64,000 nt of DNA from Escherichia coli. GTDB taxonomy: Bacteria; Pseudomonadota; Gammaproteobacteria; Enterobacterales; Enterobacteriaceae. The stretch is from NCBI RefSeq assembly GCF_003334765.1, contig NZ_QOWT01000005.1. One strand, 5' to 3'. Under the pieces are notes generated by a model. That model made no database searches, was not told the DNA's origin, and saw only the letters and a list, made by a program, of their open reading frames with translations. The translations under genes were made by a program, and so were the position numbers. Below, piece after piece: positions 1-9,662 of the stretch (its first letter is position 1; each line of letters opens with the position of its first letter).

Positions 1-339
1 ACGTGAACCGCCAGAGCCGTAAGGGCCGGGCCACATATCGTATCCGGCTTTGGTAGAGATAATCAGTTCATCGCGATAAGCGGCAAAATCCTCGCGCAGC
101 AGGCGACCAAAGTTCTCTTCTGCGCTTCCTGGAGGCGGCCCGTAATTGTTGGCTAAATCAAAGTGCGTAATGCCTAAATCAAACGCTTTACGCAGGATCG
201 CACGCTGTGATTCCAGCGCGTTAACGTGACCGAAATTGTGCCATAAACCGAGCGATAACGCGGGCAGGCGTAAACCACTTTTTCCGCAATAGCGGTACTG
301 CATCTGCCCGTAACGTTCGGGATTCGCTAACCAGACCAT
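1..339 (-). CDS. yghZ: Aldo-keto reductase (YghZ/Gpr-like), N-terminal 113 codons; 3' end lies beyond window start
   Basis: Reverse-strand translation from ATG (rc of 337-339) reads MVWLANPERYGQMQYRYCGKSGLRLPALSLGLWHNFG..., typical AKR N-terminus; frame continues to position 1. Confidence 0.75.
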   Translation of the reverse strand, partial: MVWLANPERYGQMQYRYCGKSGLRLPALSLGLWHNFGHVNALESQRAILRKAFDLGITHFDLANNYGPPPGSAEENFGRLLREDFAAYRDELIISTKAGYDMWPGPYGSGGSR

Positions 340-491
340 GACCTCTCCTTTCCACCGTTCAATTTCGAAACAATGTTTTTAGTTTAGCGATTCGCCTGCG
401 CGTATCCCGTAGTCTGGCTCACAGAGTGACGAAAAACTGGGCAAAAACACGTGCTTATGCTTTGCTTAAAAAACACCAACTGAGGAGTGCA

Positions 492-1382
492 ATGATGCCG
501 CGTTTAACCGCCAAAGATTTCCCACAAGAGTTGCTGGATTACTACGACTATTACGCTCACGGGAAAATCTCGAAACGTGAGTTCCTCAACCTTGCGGCGA
601 AGTATGCGGTGGGCGGGATGACGGCATTAGCGTTGTTTGATTTGCTCAAGCCAAATTATGCGCTGGCGACTCAGGTAGAGTTTACCGACCCGGAGATTGT
701 TGCTGAGTACATCACGTATCCTTCACCAAATGGTCACGGCGAGGTACGGGGTTATCTGGTGAAACCCGCAAAAATGAGCGGCAAAACGCCAGCCGTGGTG
801 GTGGTGCATGAGAATCGTGGACTGAATCCGTATATCGAAGATGTGGCACGGCGAGTAGCGAAGGCGGGGTATATCGCCCTGGCACCTGACGGCTTAAGTT
901 CCGTTGGAGGTTATCCGGGTAATGACGATAAAGGTCGTGAGCTGCAACAGCAGATTGATCCAACCAAACTGATGAATGATTTCTTTGCCGCAATTGAGTT
1001 TATGCAACGCTATCCGCAAGCGACAGGCAAAGCGGGTATTACCGGATTTTGCTATGGCGGTGGTGTATCGAACGCGGCGGCTGTCGCGTATCCGGAACTG
1101 GCCTGCGCGGTGCCGTTTTATGGTCGACAGGCACCCACCGCCGATGTGGCGAAGATTGAAGCGCCTTTACTACTCCACTACGCGGAACTGGACACCCGAA
1201 TCAACGAGGGCTGGCCTGCTTACGAGGCGGCGTTGAAAGCCAATAATAAGGTCTATGAGGCGTATATCTATCCGGGGGTTAATCACGGATTCCATAATGA
1301 TTCCACGCCCCGTTATGACAAATCTGCCGCCGATCTTGCCTGGCAAAGGACGCTGAAATGGTTCGATAAATATCTCTCCTGA
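492..1382 (+). CDS. yghX: Dienelactone hydrolase family protein (YghX-like), apparently intact
   Basis: ORF 426..1382; RBS GAGGAG at 483-488 precedes ATG at 492/495; alpha/beta hydrolase features (FCYGGG nucleophile region, HGFHN near C-terminus). Start codon choice uncertain. Confidence 0.75.
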   Translation: MMPRLTAKDFPQELLDYYDYYAHGKISKREFLNLAAKYAVGGMTALALFDLLKPNYALATQVEFTDPEIVAEYITYPSPNGHGEVRGYLVKPAKMSGKTPAVVVVHENRGLNPYIEDVARRVAKAGYIALAPDGLSSVGGYPGNDDKGRELQQQIDPTKLMNDFFAAIEFMQRYPQATGKAGITGFCYGGGVSNAAAVAYPELACAVPFYGRQAPTADVAKIEAPLLLHYAELDTRINEGWPAYEAALKANNKVYEAYIYPGVNHGFHNDSTPRYDKSAADLAWQRTLKWFDKYLS

Positions 1383-1500
1383 TAGGTTTATCTCTTACGG
1401 GATTACGTCTTAAACAAGCATGAAAAAATAGCGTGCGCAAAAGTCGTTCTTTGCCTAAAATATCGCTATATATGACAATATATAGCGAATGAGGTGAACG

Positions 1501-1788
1501 ATGAATAACCATTTTGGTAAAGGCTTAATGGCGGGATTAAAAGCAACGCATGCCGACAGTGCGGTTAATGTGACAAAATTCTGTGCCGATTATAAACGCG
1601 GTTTTGTATTAGGCTACTCACACCGGATGTACGAAAAGACCGGAGATCGCCAGCTTAGCGCCTGGGAAGCGGGTATTCTGACGCGCCGTTATGGACTGGA
1701 TAAAGAGATGGTAATGGATTTCTTTCGTGAGAATAATTCCTGTTCTACGTTGCGCTTTTTTATGGCCGGTTATCGCCTAGAAAATTGA
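1501..1788 (+). CDS. yghW: Small conserved protein of unknown function upstream of hyb operon
   Basis: 95-aa ORF with the syntenic position of yghW between yghX and hybO. Confidence 0.7.
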
Positions 1789-1976
1789 TCAAACATACGT
1801 ATTATCTTGCTTTAATTAATTACACTAATGCTTCTTCCCTTCGTTTTAGTGCCCCGCCGCAGTATCATGATATCGATAACCATAATAAATGTGTGGTAAA
1901 TGGCGCATCGATCGCATTATTGATTTTGCGATTGAGGCAAAATATATGCCAGGTCTTCGCAACGGAATAACTATAA

Positions 1977-3095
1977 ATGACTGGAGATAACACCCTCATC
2001 CATTCTCACGGCATTAACCGTCGTGATTTCATGAAGCTTTGTGCAGCATTAGCCGCCACCATGGGGTTAAGTAGCAAAGCCGCTGCAGAGATGGCCGAAT
2101 CGGTTACTAACCCGCAGCGTCCGCCAGTTATCTGGATTGGCGCGCAGGAGTGCACCGGTTGTACGGAATCTCTGCTTCGTGCAACGCATCCAACGGTAGA
2201 AAACCTCGTGCTGGAGACTATCTCTCTGGAGTATCACGAAGTGCTTTCCGCCGCCTTCGGTCATCAGGTCGAAGAGAACAAACATAACGCTCTCGAGAAG
2301 TACAAAGGGCAGTATGTGTTAGTGGTGGATGGTTCCATCCCATTAAAAGATAATGGTATTTATTGCATGGTTGCCGGTGAGCCGATTGTGGATCACATCC
2401 GCAAAGCGGCGGAAGGCGCAGCAGCCATTATCGCTATCGGTTCCTGCTCTGCGTGGGGCGGTGTTGCCGCAGCTGGAGTTAACCCAACCGGCGCAGTCAG
2501 CCTGCAAGAAGTTCTGCCGGGCAAAACTGTAATCAACATTCCTGGCTGCCCGCCGAACCCGCACAACTTCCTCGCGACCGTTGCGCACATCATCACTTAC
2601 GGCAAGCCGCCGAAACTGGATGACAAAAACCGTCCGACCTTCGCCTATGGCCGTCTGATTCACGAACACTGCGAACGTCGCCCGCACTTCGATGCTGGTC
2701 GTTTTGCCAAAGAGTTCGGTGATGAAGGCCACCGCGAAGGCTGGTGCCTGTACCACCTCGGCTGTAAAGGGCCAGAAACTTACGGCAACTGCTCAACGCT
2801 GCAATTCTGCGATGTTGGCGGTGTGTGGCCGGTGGCGATTGGTCACCCGTGCTATGGCTGTAACGAAGAAGGTATCGGCTTCCATAAAGGCATCCATCAG
2901 CTTGCCAACGTCGAAAACCAGACTCCGCGTTCACAGAAACCGGATGTTAACGCTAAAGAAGGCGGCAACGTCTCGGCAGGCGCTATTGGTTTGCTCGGCG
3001 GTGTGGTTGGGCTGGTTGCCGGTGTCAGCGTGATGGCGGTGCGTGAACTGGGTCGTCAGCAAAAGAAAGATAACGCTGACTCACGGGGAGAATAA
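1977..3095 (+). CDS. hybO: Hydrogenase 2 small subunit, Tat-exported [NiFe] hydrogenase
   Basis: 372 aa; twin-arginine signal ([15 protein letters not shown]); multiple Cys clusters typical of NiFe hydrogenase small subunit. Confidence 0.95.
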   Translation: MTGDNTLIHSHGINRRDFMKLCAALAATMGLSSKAAAEMAESVTNPQRPPVIWIGAQECTGCTESLLRATHPTVENLVLETISLEYHEVLSAAFGHQVEENKHNALEKYKGQYVLVVDGSIPLKDNGIYCMVAGEPIVDHIRKAAEGAAAIIAIGSCSAWGGVAAAGVNPTGAVSLQEVLPGKTVINIPGCPPNPHNFLATVAHIITYGKPPKLDDKNRPTFAYGRLIHEHCERRPHFDAGRFAKEFGDEGHREGWCLYHLGCKGPETYGNCSTLQFCDVGGVWPVAIGHPCYGCNEEGIGFHKGIHQLANVENQTPRSQKPDVNAKEGGNVSAGAIGLLGGVVGLVAGVSVMAVRELGRQQKKDNADSRGE

Positions 3096-3097
3096 CC

Positions 3098-4084
3098 GTG
3101 AACAGACGTAATTTTATTAAAGCAGCCTCCTGCGGGGCATTGCTGACGGGCGCGCTGCCGTCTGTCAGTCATGCGGCTGCTGAAAACCGCCCGCCAATTC
3201 CGGGATCGCTGGGGATGTTGTACGACTCGACCTTGTGCGTTGGCTGCCAGGCGTGCGTCACCAAGTGTCAGGATATCAATTTCCCTGAACGTAACCCGCA
3301 AGGGGAACAGACCTGGTCGAACAACGACAAACTGTCGCCGTACACCAATAACATCATTCAGGTGTGGACCAGCGGCACAGGGGTCAACAAAGACCAGGAG
3401 GAGAACGGCTACGCGTACATTAAGAAACAGTGTATGCACTGCGTCGATCCGAACTGTGTCTCTGTGTGCCCGGTCTCTGCACTGAAAAAAGATCCGAAAA
3501 CCGGCATTGTCCATTACGACAAAGACGTGTGCACCGGTTGCCGTTACTGCATGGTTGCCTGTCCGTACAACGTGCCGAAGTACGACTACAACAACCCGTT
3601 TGGTGCGCTGCATAAGTGCGAGCTGTGCAACCAGAAAGGTGTGGAACGTCTCGATAAAGGCGGTCTGCCTGGCTGCGTAGAAGTGTGCCCGGCGGGCGCG
3701 GTGATTTTTGGTACGCGTGAAGAGCTGATGGCGGAGGCGAAAAAACGTCTGGCGCTGAAGCCGGGCAGCGAATACCACTATCCGCGTCAGACGCTGAAAT
3801 CTGGCGACACTTACCTGCATACGGTGCCGAAATATTATCCGCATCTGTACGGCGAGAAAGAGGGCGGCGGTACTCAGGTTCTGGTACTGACGGGTGTGCC
3901 TTATGAAAATCTCGACCTGCCGAAACTGGACGATCTTTCTACTGGTGCGCGTTCCGAAAATATTCAACACACCTTGTATAAAGGCATGATGCTACCACTG
4001 GCTGTGCTGGCGGGCTTAACCGTGCTGGTTCGTCGCAACACTAAAAACGACCATCACGACGGAGGAGACGATCATGAGTCATGA
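3098..4084 (+). CDS. hybA: Hydrogenase 2 4Fe-4S ferredoxin-type component
   Basis: 328 aa, GTG start; RRNFIKAAS Tat motif; four CxxCxxCxxxCP ferredoxin motifs. Confidence 0.95.
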
Positions 4085-5252
4085 TCCACAACCGCTGGGC
4101 GGCAAAATCATCAGTAAACCGGTCATGATTTTTGGACCGTTAATCGTCATCTGTATGCTCCTGATTGTGAAGCGTCTGGTGTTCGGTCTGGGCTCTGTCT
4201 CCGACCTGAACGGCGGCTTCCCGTGGGGCGTGTGGATCGCGTTTGACCTGCTGATCGGTACCGGCTTTGCCTGTGGCGGCTGGGCGCTGGCGTGGGCAGT
4301 ATACGTCTTTAACCGTGGGCAATACCATCCGCTGGTGCGTCCGGCGCTGTTGGCGAGTCTGTTCGGTTACTCCTTGGGTGGCTTGTCGATCACCATCGAC
4401 GTGGGTCGCTACTGGAACCTGCCGTACTTCTACATTCCGGGTCACTTCAACGTGAACTCGGTACTGTTCGAGACGGCGGTCTGTATGACCATCTATATCG
4501 GCGTGATGGCACTGGAGTTTGCTCCGGCACTGTTTGAACGTCTGGGCTGGAAGGTGTCGCTACAGCGTCTGAACAAGGTGATGTTCTTCATCATTGCACT
4601 TGGCGCGCTGCTGCCGACCATGCACCAGTCTTCAATGGGGTCGCTGATGATCTCGGCGGGCTACAAGGTGCATCCGCTGTGGCAAAGCTATGAAATGTTG
4701 CCGCTGTTCTCGCTGCTGACGGCGTTCATCATGGGCTTCTCAATTGTCATCTTTGAAGGTTCGCTGGTGCAGGCGGGTCTGCGTGGCAACGGTCCGGATG
4801 AAAAGAGTCTGTTCGTTAAGCTGACCAACACCATCAGTGTGTTGCTGGCGATTTTCATCGTGCTGCGCTTTGGCGAGCTTATCTATCGCGACAAGCTGTC
4901 GTTAGCGTTTGCCGGTGACTTCTACTCCGTGATGTTCTGGATTGAAGTCCTGCTGATGCTCTTCCCGCTGGTCGTTCTGCGTGTGGCGAAGTTGCGTAAT
5001 GATTCCCGCATGCTGTTCCTGTCAGCACTGAGCGCGCTGTTAGGTTGTGCAACCTGGCGTCTGACCTATTCGCTGGTGGCATTCAACCCGGGCGGCGGTT
5101 ACGCCTACTTCCCGACCTGGGAAGAACTGTTGATTTCTATTGGTTTTGTGGCTATTGAGATTTGCGCTTACATCGTACTCATTCGTCTACTGCCGATACT
5201 TCCTCCTTTAAAACAAAACGATCATAATCGTCATGAGGCGAGCAAAGCATGA
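4074..5252 (+). CDS. hybB: Hydrogenase 2 integral membrane subunit (NrfD/PsrC family)
   Basis: 392 aa polytopic membrane protein; overlaps hybA stop by 11 nt (translational coupling). Confidence 0.95.
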
Positions 5253-6952
5253 GCCAGAGAATTACTATTGATCCGGTAACCCGTATTGAGGGGCATTTAC
5301 GCATCGATTGCGAAATCGAAAATGGCGTCGTTTCGAAAGCATGGGCTTCCGGTACCATGTGGCGCGGCATGGAAGAGATCGTGAAAAACCGCGATCCGCG
5401 CGATGCATGGATGATTGTGCAACGTATCTGTGGCGTATGTACGACTACTCACGCGCTGTCTTCCGTTCGTGCGGCAGAAAGTGCACTGAATATCGACGTT
5501 CCGGTTAACGCGCAATACATCCGTAACATCATTCTGGCTGCGCACACCACGCATGACCATATCGTTCATTTCTATCAGCTCTCGGCGCTGGACTGGGTGG
5601 ACATCACTTCTGCACTGCAAGCTGACCCAACCAAAGCCTCCGAAATGCTGAAAGGTGTTTCGACCTGGCACCTGAACAGCCCGGAAGAGTTCACCAAAGT
5701 TCAGAACAAGATCAAAGATCTGGTTGCCAGCGGTCAGTTGGGTATTTTCGCCAATGGCTACTGGGGTCACCCGGCGATGAAACTGCCGCCGGAAGTGAAC
5801 CTGATTGCGGTAGCGCACTACCTGCAGGCGCTGGAGTGCCAGCGTGACGCTAACCGCGTCGTGGCGCTGCTGGGCGGTAAAACGCCGCACATTCAGAACC
5901 TGGCGGTAGGTGGGGTCGCTAACCCAATCAACCTCGACGGTCTGGGCGTGCTGAACCTTGAGCGCCTGATGTACATCAAGTCTTTCATCGATAAACTGAG
6001 CGACTTTGTTGAGCAGGTTTACAAGGTTGATACCGCGGTTATCGCCGCGTTCTACCCGGAATGGCTGACGCGTGGTAAAGGTGCGGTGAACTACCTGAGC
6101 GTGCCGGAATTCCCGACCGACAGCAAAAACGGCAGCTTCCTGTTCCCGGGCGGCTACATTGAGAATGCGGATCTGTCCTCGTATCGCCCGATCACTTCCC
6201 ACTCCGATGAATACCTGATTAAAGGCATTCAGGAGAGCGCGAAGCACTCCTGGTATAAAGACGAAGCGCCGCAGGCACCGTGGGAAGGTACCACCATTCC
6301 GGCTTATGATGGTTGGTCTGACGACGGTAAATACTCCTGGGTGAAATCACCGACTTTCTACGGCAAAACGGTAGAAGTGGGTCCGCTGGCTAACATGCTG
6401 GTGAAACTGGCGGCAGGACGCGAGTCTACCCAGAACAAACTGAATGAAATCGTTGCGATTTATCAGAAACTGACTGGCAACACGCTGGAAGTGGCGCAGC
6501 TGCACTCCACGCTGGGCCGTATTATTGGTCGTACCGTTCACTGCTGTGAATTGCAGGATATCCTGCAAAATCAATACAGTGCACTGATCACCAATATCGG
6601 CAAAGGCGATCACACCACCTTTGTGAAGCCGAACATTCCGGCAACGGGTGAGTTCAAAGGCGTAGGTTTCCTCGAAGCACCGCGCGGTATGCTCTCTCAC
6701 TGGATGGTTATTAAAGACGGTATCATCAGCAACTACCAGGCGGTTGTTCCATCAACCTGGAACTCTGGTCCGCGTAACTTCAATGATGACGTCGGTCCTT
6801 ACGAGCAGTCGCTGGTGGGTACACCGGTTGCCGATCCGAATAAACCGCTGGAAGTGGTGCGTACCATTCACTCCTTCGACCCGTGCATGGCCTGTGCGGT
6901 ACACGTAGTGGATGCCGACGGCAACGAAGTGGTTTCAGTGAAGGTTCTGTAA
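5249..6952 (+). CDS. hybC: Hydrogenase 2 large subunit ([NiFe] catalytic subunit)
   Basis: 567 aa; N-terminal RICGVCTTTH and C-terminal DPCMACAVH nickel-binding motifs followed by a short cleavable extension. Confidence 0.97.
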   Translation: MSQRITIDPVTRIEGHLRIDCEIENGVVSKAWASGTMWRGMEEIVKNRDPRDAWMIVQRICGVCTTTHALSSVRAAESALNIDVPVNAQYIRNIILAAHTTHDHIVHFYQLSALDWVDITSALQADPTKASEMLKGVSTWHLNSPEEFTKVQNKIKDLVASGQLGIFANGYWGHPAMKLPPEVNLIAVAHYLQALECQRDANRVVALLGGKTPHIQNLAVGGVANPINLDGLGVLNLERLMYIKSFIDKLSDFVEQVYKVDTAVIAAFYPEWLTRGKGAVNYLSVPEFPTDSKNGSFLFPGGYIENADLSSYRPITSHSDEYLIKGIQESAKHSWYKDEAPQAPWEGTTIPAYDGWSDDGKYSWVKSPTFYGKTVEVGPLANMLVKLAAGRESTQNKLNEIVAIYQKLTGNTLEVAQLHSTLGRIIGRTVHCCELQDILQNQYSALITNIGKGDHTTFVKPNIPATGEFKGVGFLEAPRGMLSHWMVIKDGIISNYQAVVPSTWNSGPRNFNDDVGPYEQSLVGTPVADPNKPLEVVRTIHSFDPCMACAVHVVDADGNEVVSVKVL

Positions 6953-7446
6953 TGCGTATTTTAGTCTTAGGGGTCGGCAATATTTTGCTGACCGATGAAG
7001 CCATCGGTGTGCGGATTGTTGAAGCGTTAGAGCAACGATACATTCTGCCGGATTATGTTGAGATCCTCGATGGCGGCACGGCGGGAATGGAGCTGCTTGG
7101 CGACATGGCAAATCGCGATCATCTGATTATTGCGGATGCCATTGTGTCGAAAAAGAACGCGCCGGGAACGATGATGATCCTGCGGGATGAAGAAGTTCCG
7201 GCGTTGTTTACCAACAAAATCTCTCCGCATCAGCTTGGCCTGGCCGACGTATTGTCGGCCCTGCGCTTCACCGGCGAGTTTCCGAAAAAGCTGACCCTGG
7301 TCGGCGTGATCCCGGAATCGCTGGAGCCGCACATCGGCTTAACGCCGACGGTCGAAGCGATGATTGAACCTGCGCTTGAGCAGGTTCTGGCTGCGCTGCG
7401 CGAATCTGGCGTGGAAGCCATCCCACGGGAGGCGATTCATGACTGA
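6952..7446 (+). CDS. hybD: Hydrogenase 2 maturation endopeptidase
   Basis: 164 aa, MRILVLGVGNILLTDEAIG N-terminus typical of HybD/HycI proteases; ATG overlaps hybC TAA (TAATG). Confidence 0.9.
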   Translation: MRILVLGVGNILLTDEAIGVRIVEALEQRYILPDYVEILDGGTAGMELLGDMANRDHLIIADAIVSKKNAPGTMMILRDEEVPALFTNKISPHQLGLADVLSALRFTGEFPKKLTLVGVIPESLEPHIGLTPTVEAMIEPALEQVLAALRESGVEAIPREAIHD

Positions 7447-7927
7447 AGAGATAACAGGTTTCCAGACCTCCCCGAAGGCGCAAGTACAGGCAGCGTTTGA
7501 AGAAATTGCCCGGCGTTCGATGCACGATCTCTCTTTTCTGCATCCTTCAATGCCGGTGTATGTTTCTGACTTTACGCTGTTCGAAGGTCAGTGGACGGGG
7601 TGTGTGATCACCCCGTGGATGCTGAGTGCAGTTATCTTCCCCGGCCCGGATCAACTCTGGCCGCTGCGCAAAGTGAGTGAAAAAATTGGTCTGCAACTGC
7701 CGTATGGCACTATGACCTTTACTGTTGGTGAACTGGACGGTGTTTCGCAATACCTCTCCTGCTCGCTGATGTCGCCGCTTTCGCACAGCATGTCGATTGA
7801 AGAGGGCCAACGGCTGACGGATGACTGCGCCCGAATGATCCTTTCGCTGCCAGTCAGCAATCCGGATGTACCACACGCAGGGCGTCGTGCCCTGCTATTT
7901 GGCCGCAGGAGTGGCGAAAATGCATGA
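7439..7927 (+). CDS. hybE: Hydrogenase 2-specific chaperone
   Basis: 162-aa ORF starting MTEEITGFQ, overlapping hybD end; operon position. Confidence 0.85.
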   Translation: MTEEITGFQTSPKAQVQAAFEEIARRSMHDLSFLHPSMPVYVSDFTLFEGQWTGCVITPWMLSAVIFPGPDQLWPLRKVSEKIGLQLPYGTMTFTVGELDGVSQYLSCSLMSPLSHSMSIEEGQRLTDDCARMILSLPVSNPDVPHAGRRALLFGRRSGENA

Positions 7928-8261
7928 GTTGTCGCTTTGCCAGAGCGCCGTTGAAATTATCCAACGGCAGGCGGAGCAGCACGATGTTAAGCGCGTCACC
8001 GCCGTGTGGCTGGAAATTGGTGCACTCTCCTGCGTTGAGGAGAGCGCCGTCCGTTTTAGTTTTGAAATTGTCTGCCACGGAACGGTGGCGCAAGGGTGCG
8101 ATTTACATATCGTCTATAAACCCGCCCAGGCCTGGTGCTGGGATTGCAGCCAGGTGGTGGAGATTCATCAGCACGATGCGCAGTGTCCGCTCTGTCATGG
8201 CGAGCGGTTGCGTGTCGATACCGGCGATTCGCTGATCGTCAAAAGTATTGAAGTTGAATAA
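7920..8261 (+). CDS. hybF: Hydrogenase nickel incorporation protein (HypA paralogue)
   Basis: 113 aa starting MHELSLCQSAVEII; CxxC...CxxC zinc motif (CWDCS...CPLCHG). Confidence 0.9.
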   Translation: MHELSLCQSAVEIIQRQAEQHDVKRVTAVWLEIGALSCVEESAVRFSFEIVCHGTVAQGCDLHIVYKPAQAWCWDCSQVVEIHQHDAQCPLCHGERLRVDTGDSLIVKSIEVE

Positions 8262-8273
8262 CTGGAGTTAACA

Positions 8274-8522
8274 ATGTGTATTGGCGTTCCAGGCCAGGTG
8301 CTGGCTGTCGGTGAAGATATTCACCAGCTTGCGCAGGTTGAAGTATGTGGTATCAAGCGCGACGTGAATATCGCCCTGATTTGTGAAGGTAACCCTGCCG
8401 ATCTGCTGGGCCAGTGGGTACTGGTACACGTCGGATTTGCCATGAGCATTATCGATGAAGACGAAGCCAAAGCCACATTAGACGCACTGCGCCAAATGGA
8501 TTACGACATTACCAGCGGGTGA
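8274..8522 (+). CDS. hybG: Hydrogenase maturation factor (HypC paralogue)
   Basis: 82 aa starting MCIGVPGQV (conserved N-terminal Cys2 of HypC family). Confidence 0.9.
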
Positions 8523-8530
8523 TGATTAAA

Positions 8531-8566
8531 GCCGGATGCGGCGTAAATGCTTTATCCGGCTACATA
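8531..8566. repeat. REP (repetitive extragenic palindromic) element
   Basis: GCCGGATGCGGCGTAAATGCTTTATCCGGCTAC matches the enterobacterial REP consensus; lies between convergent hybG and yghU. Confidence 0.6.
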
Positions 8567-8591
8567 GCGATAAGCCTGCCAATGTTGCGAC

Positions 8592-9458
8592 TTACCCCTG
8601 ACGCTTATCTTCCGTATTCGTCTCGAAATCACTGGCGTCATGGCGCTCATGCAACTGCTCGTTCAGCGGCCCGTTGGTGCGGTTAACAATACGCCCACGC
8701 TTCACCGCCGGACGTTCGCCCACTTCTTTCGCCCAGCGTTGTACGTGTTTATAACTTTCCGCATCAAGAAACTCTGCGGCATCATACACGCCGCCTAACA
8801 CCACGTTGCCAAACCACGGCCAGATCGCCATATCCGCAATGGTGTACTCATCGCCCGCAACAAACTTGTGCTGCGCCAGTTGCTTATCCAGCACGTCGAG
8901 CAGGCGCTTGGCTTCCATGGTAAAGCGGTTGATGGCGTACTCAATTTTCACCGGCGCGTAATGGTAAAAGTGACCAAAACCACCGCCGAGGAACGGTGCC
9001 GCGCCCTGTAACCAGAACAGCCAGTTCAGCGTTTCAGTCCGTTTTGCCAGATCCTGCGGCAGGAAGTAGCCAAATTTCTCCGCCAGATAAAGCAGAATCG
9101 ATCCAGACTCAAACACGCGGATCGGTGGATTATGGGTATGGTCGCGCAATGCCGGGATCTTCGAGTTTGGGTTCACTTCGACAAAGCCGCTGGAGAATTG
9201 ATCGCCATCGCCAATACGAATCAGCCAGGCGTCATACTCTGCACCAGTAACACCCAGCGCCAGCAGCTCCTCAAGCATAATCGTTACTTTCTGTCCGTTT
9301 GGCGTTCCCAGCGAATAGAGTTGCAGCGGATGTTTGCCCACCGGCAGCGTTTTTTCATGCGTCGGACCAGAAACCGGGCGATTGATATTGGCGAACGCGC
9401 CGCCAGCGGATTTATCCCACGTCCAGACTTTCGCGGGCTGATAAGTATTGTCTGTCAT
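8592..9458 (-). CDS. yghU: Glutathione S-transferase-like protein (disulfide reductase)
   Basis: 288 aa from MTDNTYQPAKVWTWDK; GST N/C domains; synteny. Confidence 0.85.
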   Translation of the reverse strand: MTDNTYQPAKVWTWDKSAGGAFANINRPVSGPTHEKTLPVGKHPLQLYSLGTPNGQKVTIMLEELLALGVTGAEYDAWLIRIGDGDQFSSGFVEVNPNSKIPALRDHTHNPPIRVFESGSILLYLAEKFGYFLPQDLAKRTETLNWLFWLQGAAPFLGGGFGHFYHYAPVKIEYAINRFTMEAKRLLDVLDKQLAQHKFVAGDEYTIADMAIWPWFGNVVLGGVYDAAEFLDAESYKHVQRWAKEVGERPAVKRGRIVNRTNGPLNEQLHERHDASDFETNTEDKRQG

Positions 9459-9662
9459 AGTGAGTTGCCTTCTGAGTGGTAGTGTTGAAGCAGTGTAGCA
9501 GGTCACTTGCTGTACAGAATGTGAATTTTTTAACCCTTTGCGCCAGCCGCTGCGTTGAGGTGTATGATAAGTCAGACCTCTGTCCGGTTAATGTCGCTGA
9601 GCAGGTAATCAGAGCACAACAATTACGCCAACTGCTTAGGTTGTATTGTTAAAGGTAAAGTG

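Noticed and set aside
426-491. Upstream start for yghX at 426
   Set aside because: No RBS at 426; GAGGAG RBS precedes the ATGs at 492/495.
3056-3970. 304-aa ORF on the minus strand inside hybA; similar antisense ORFs at 5297..6247 (in hybC), 10506..11369 (in gss), 37501..38865 and 39934..40881 (in sslE), 45494..46880 (in gspE), 49844..50747 (in gspJ/K)
   Set aside because: Shadow ORFs typical of GC-rich coding DNA; Arg/Ser/Pro-rich low-complexity translations, no RBS context, and each fully overlaps a well-supported gene on the other strand.
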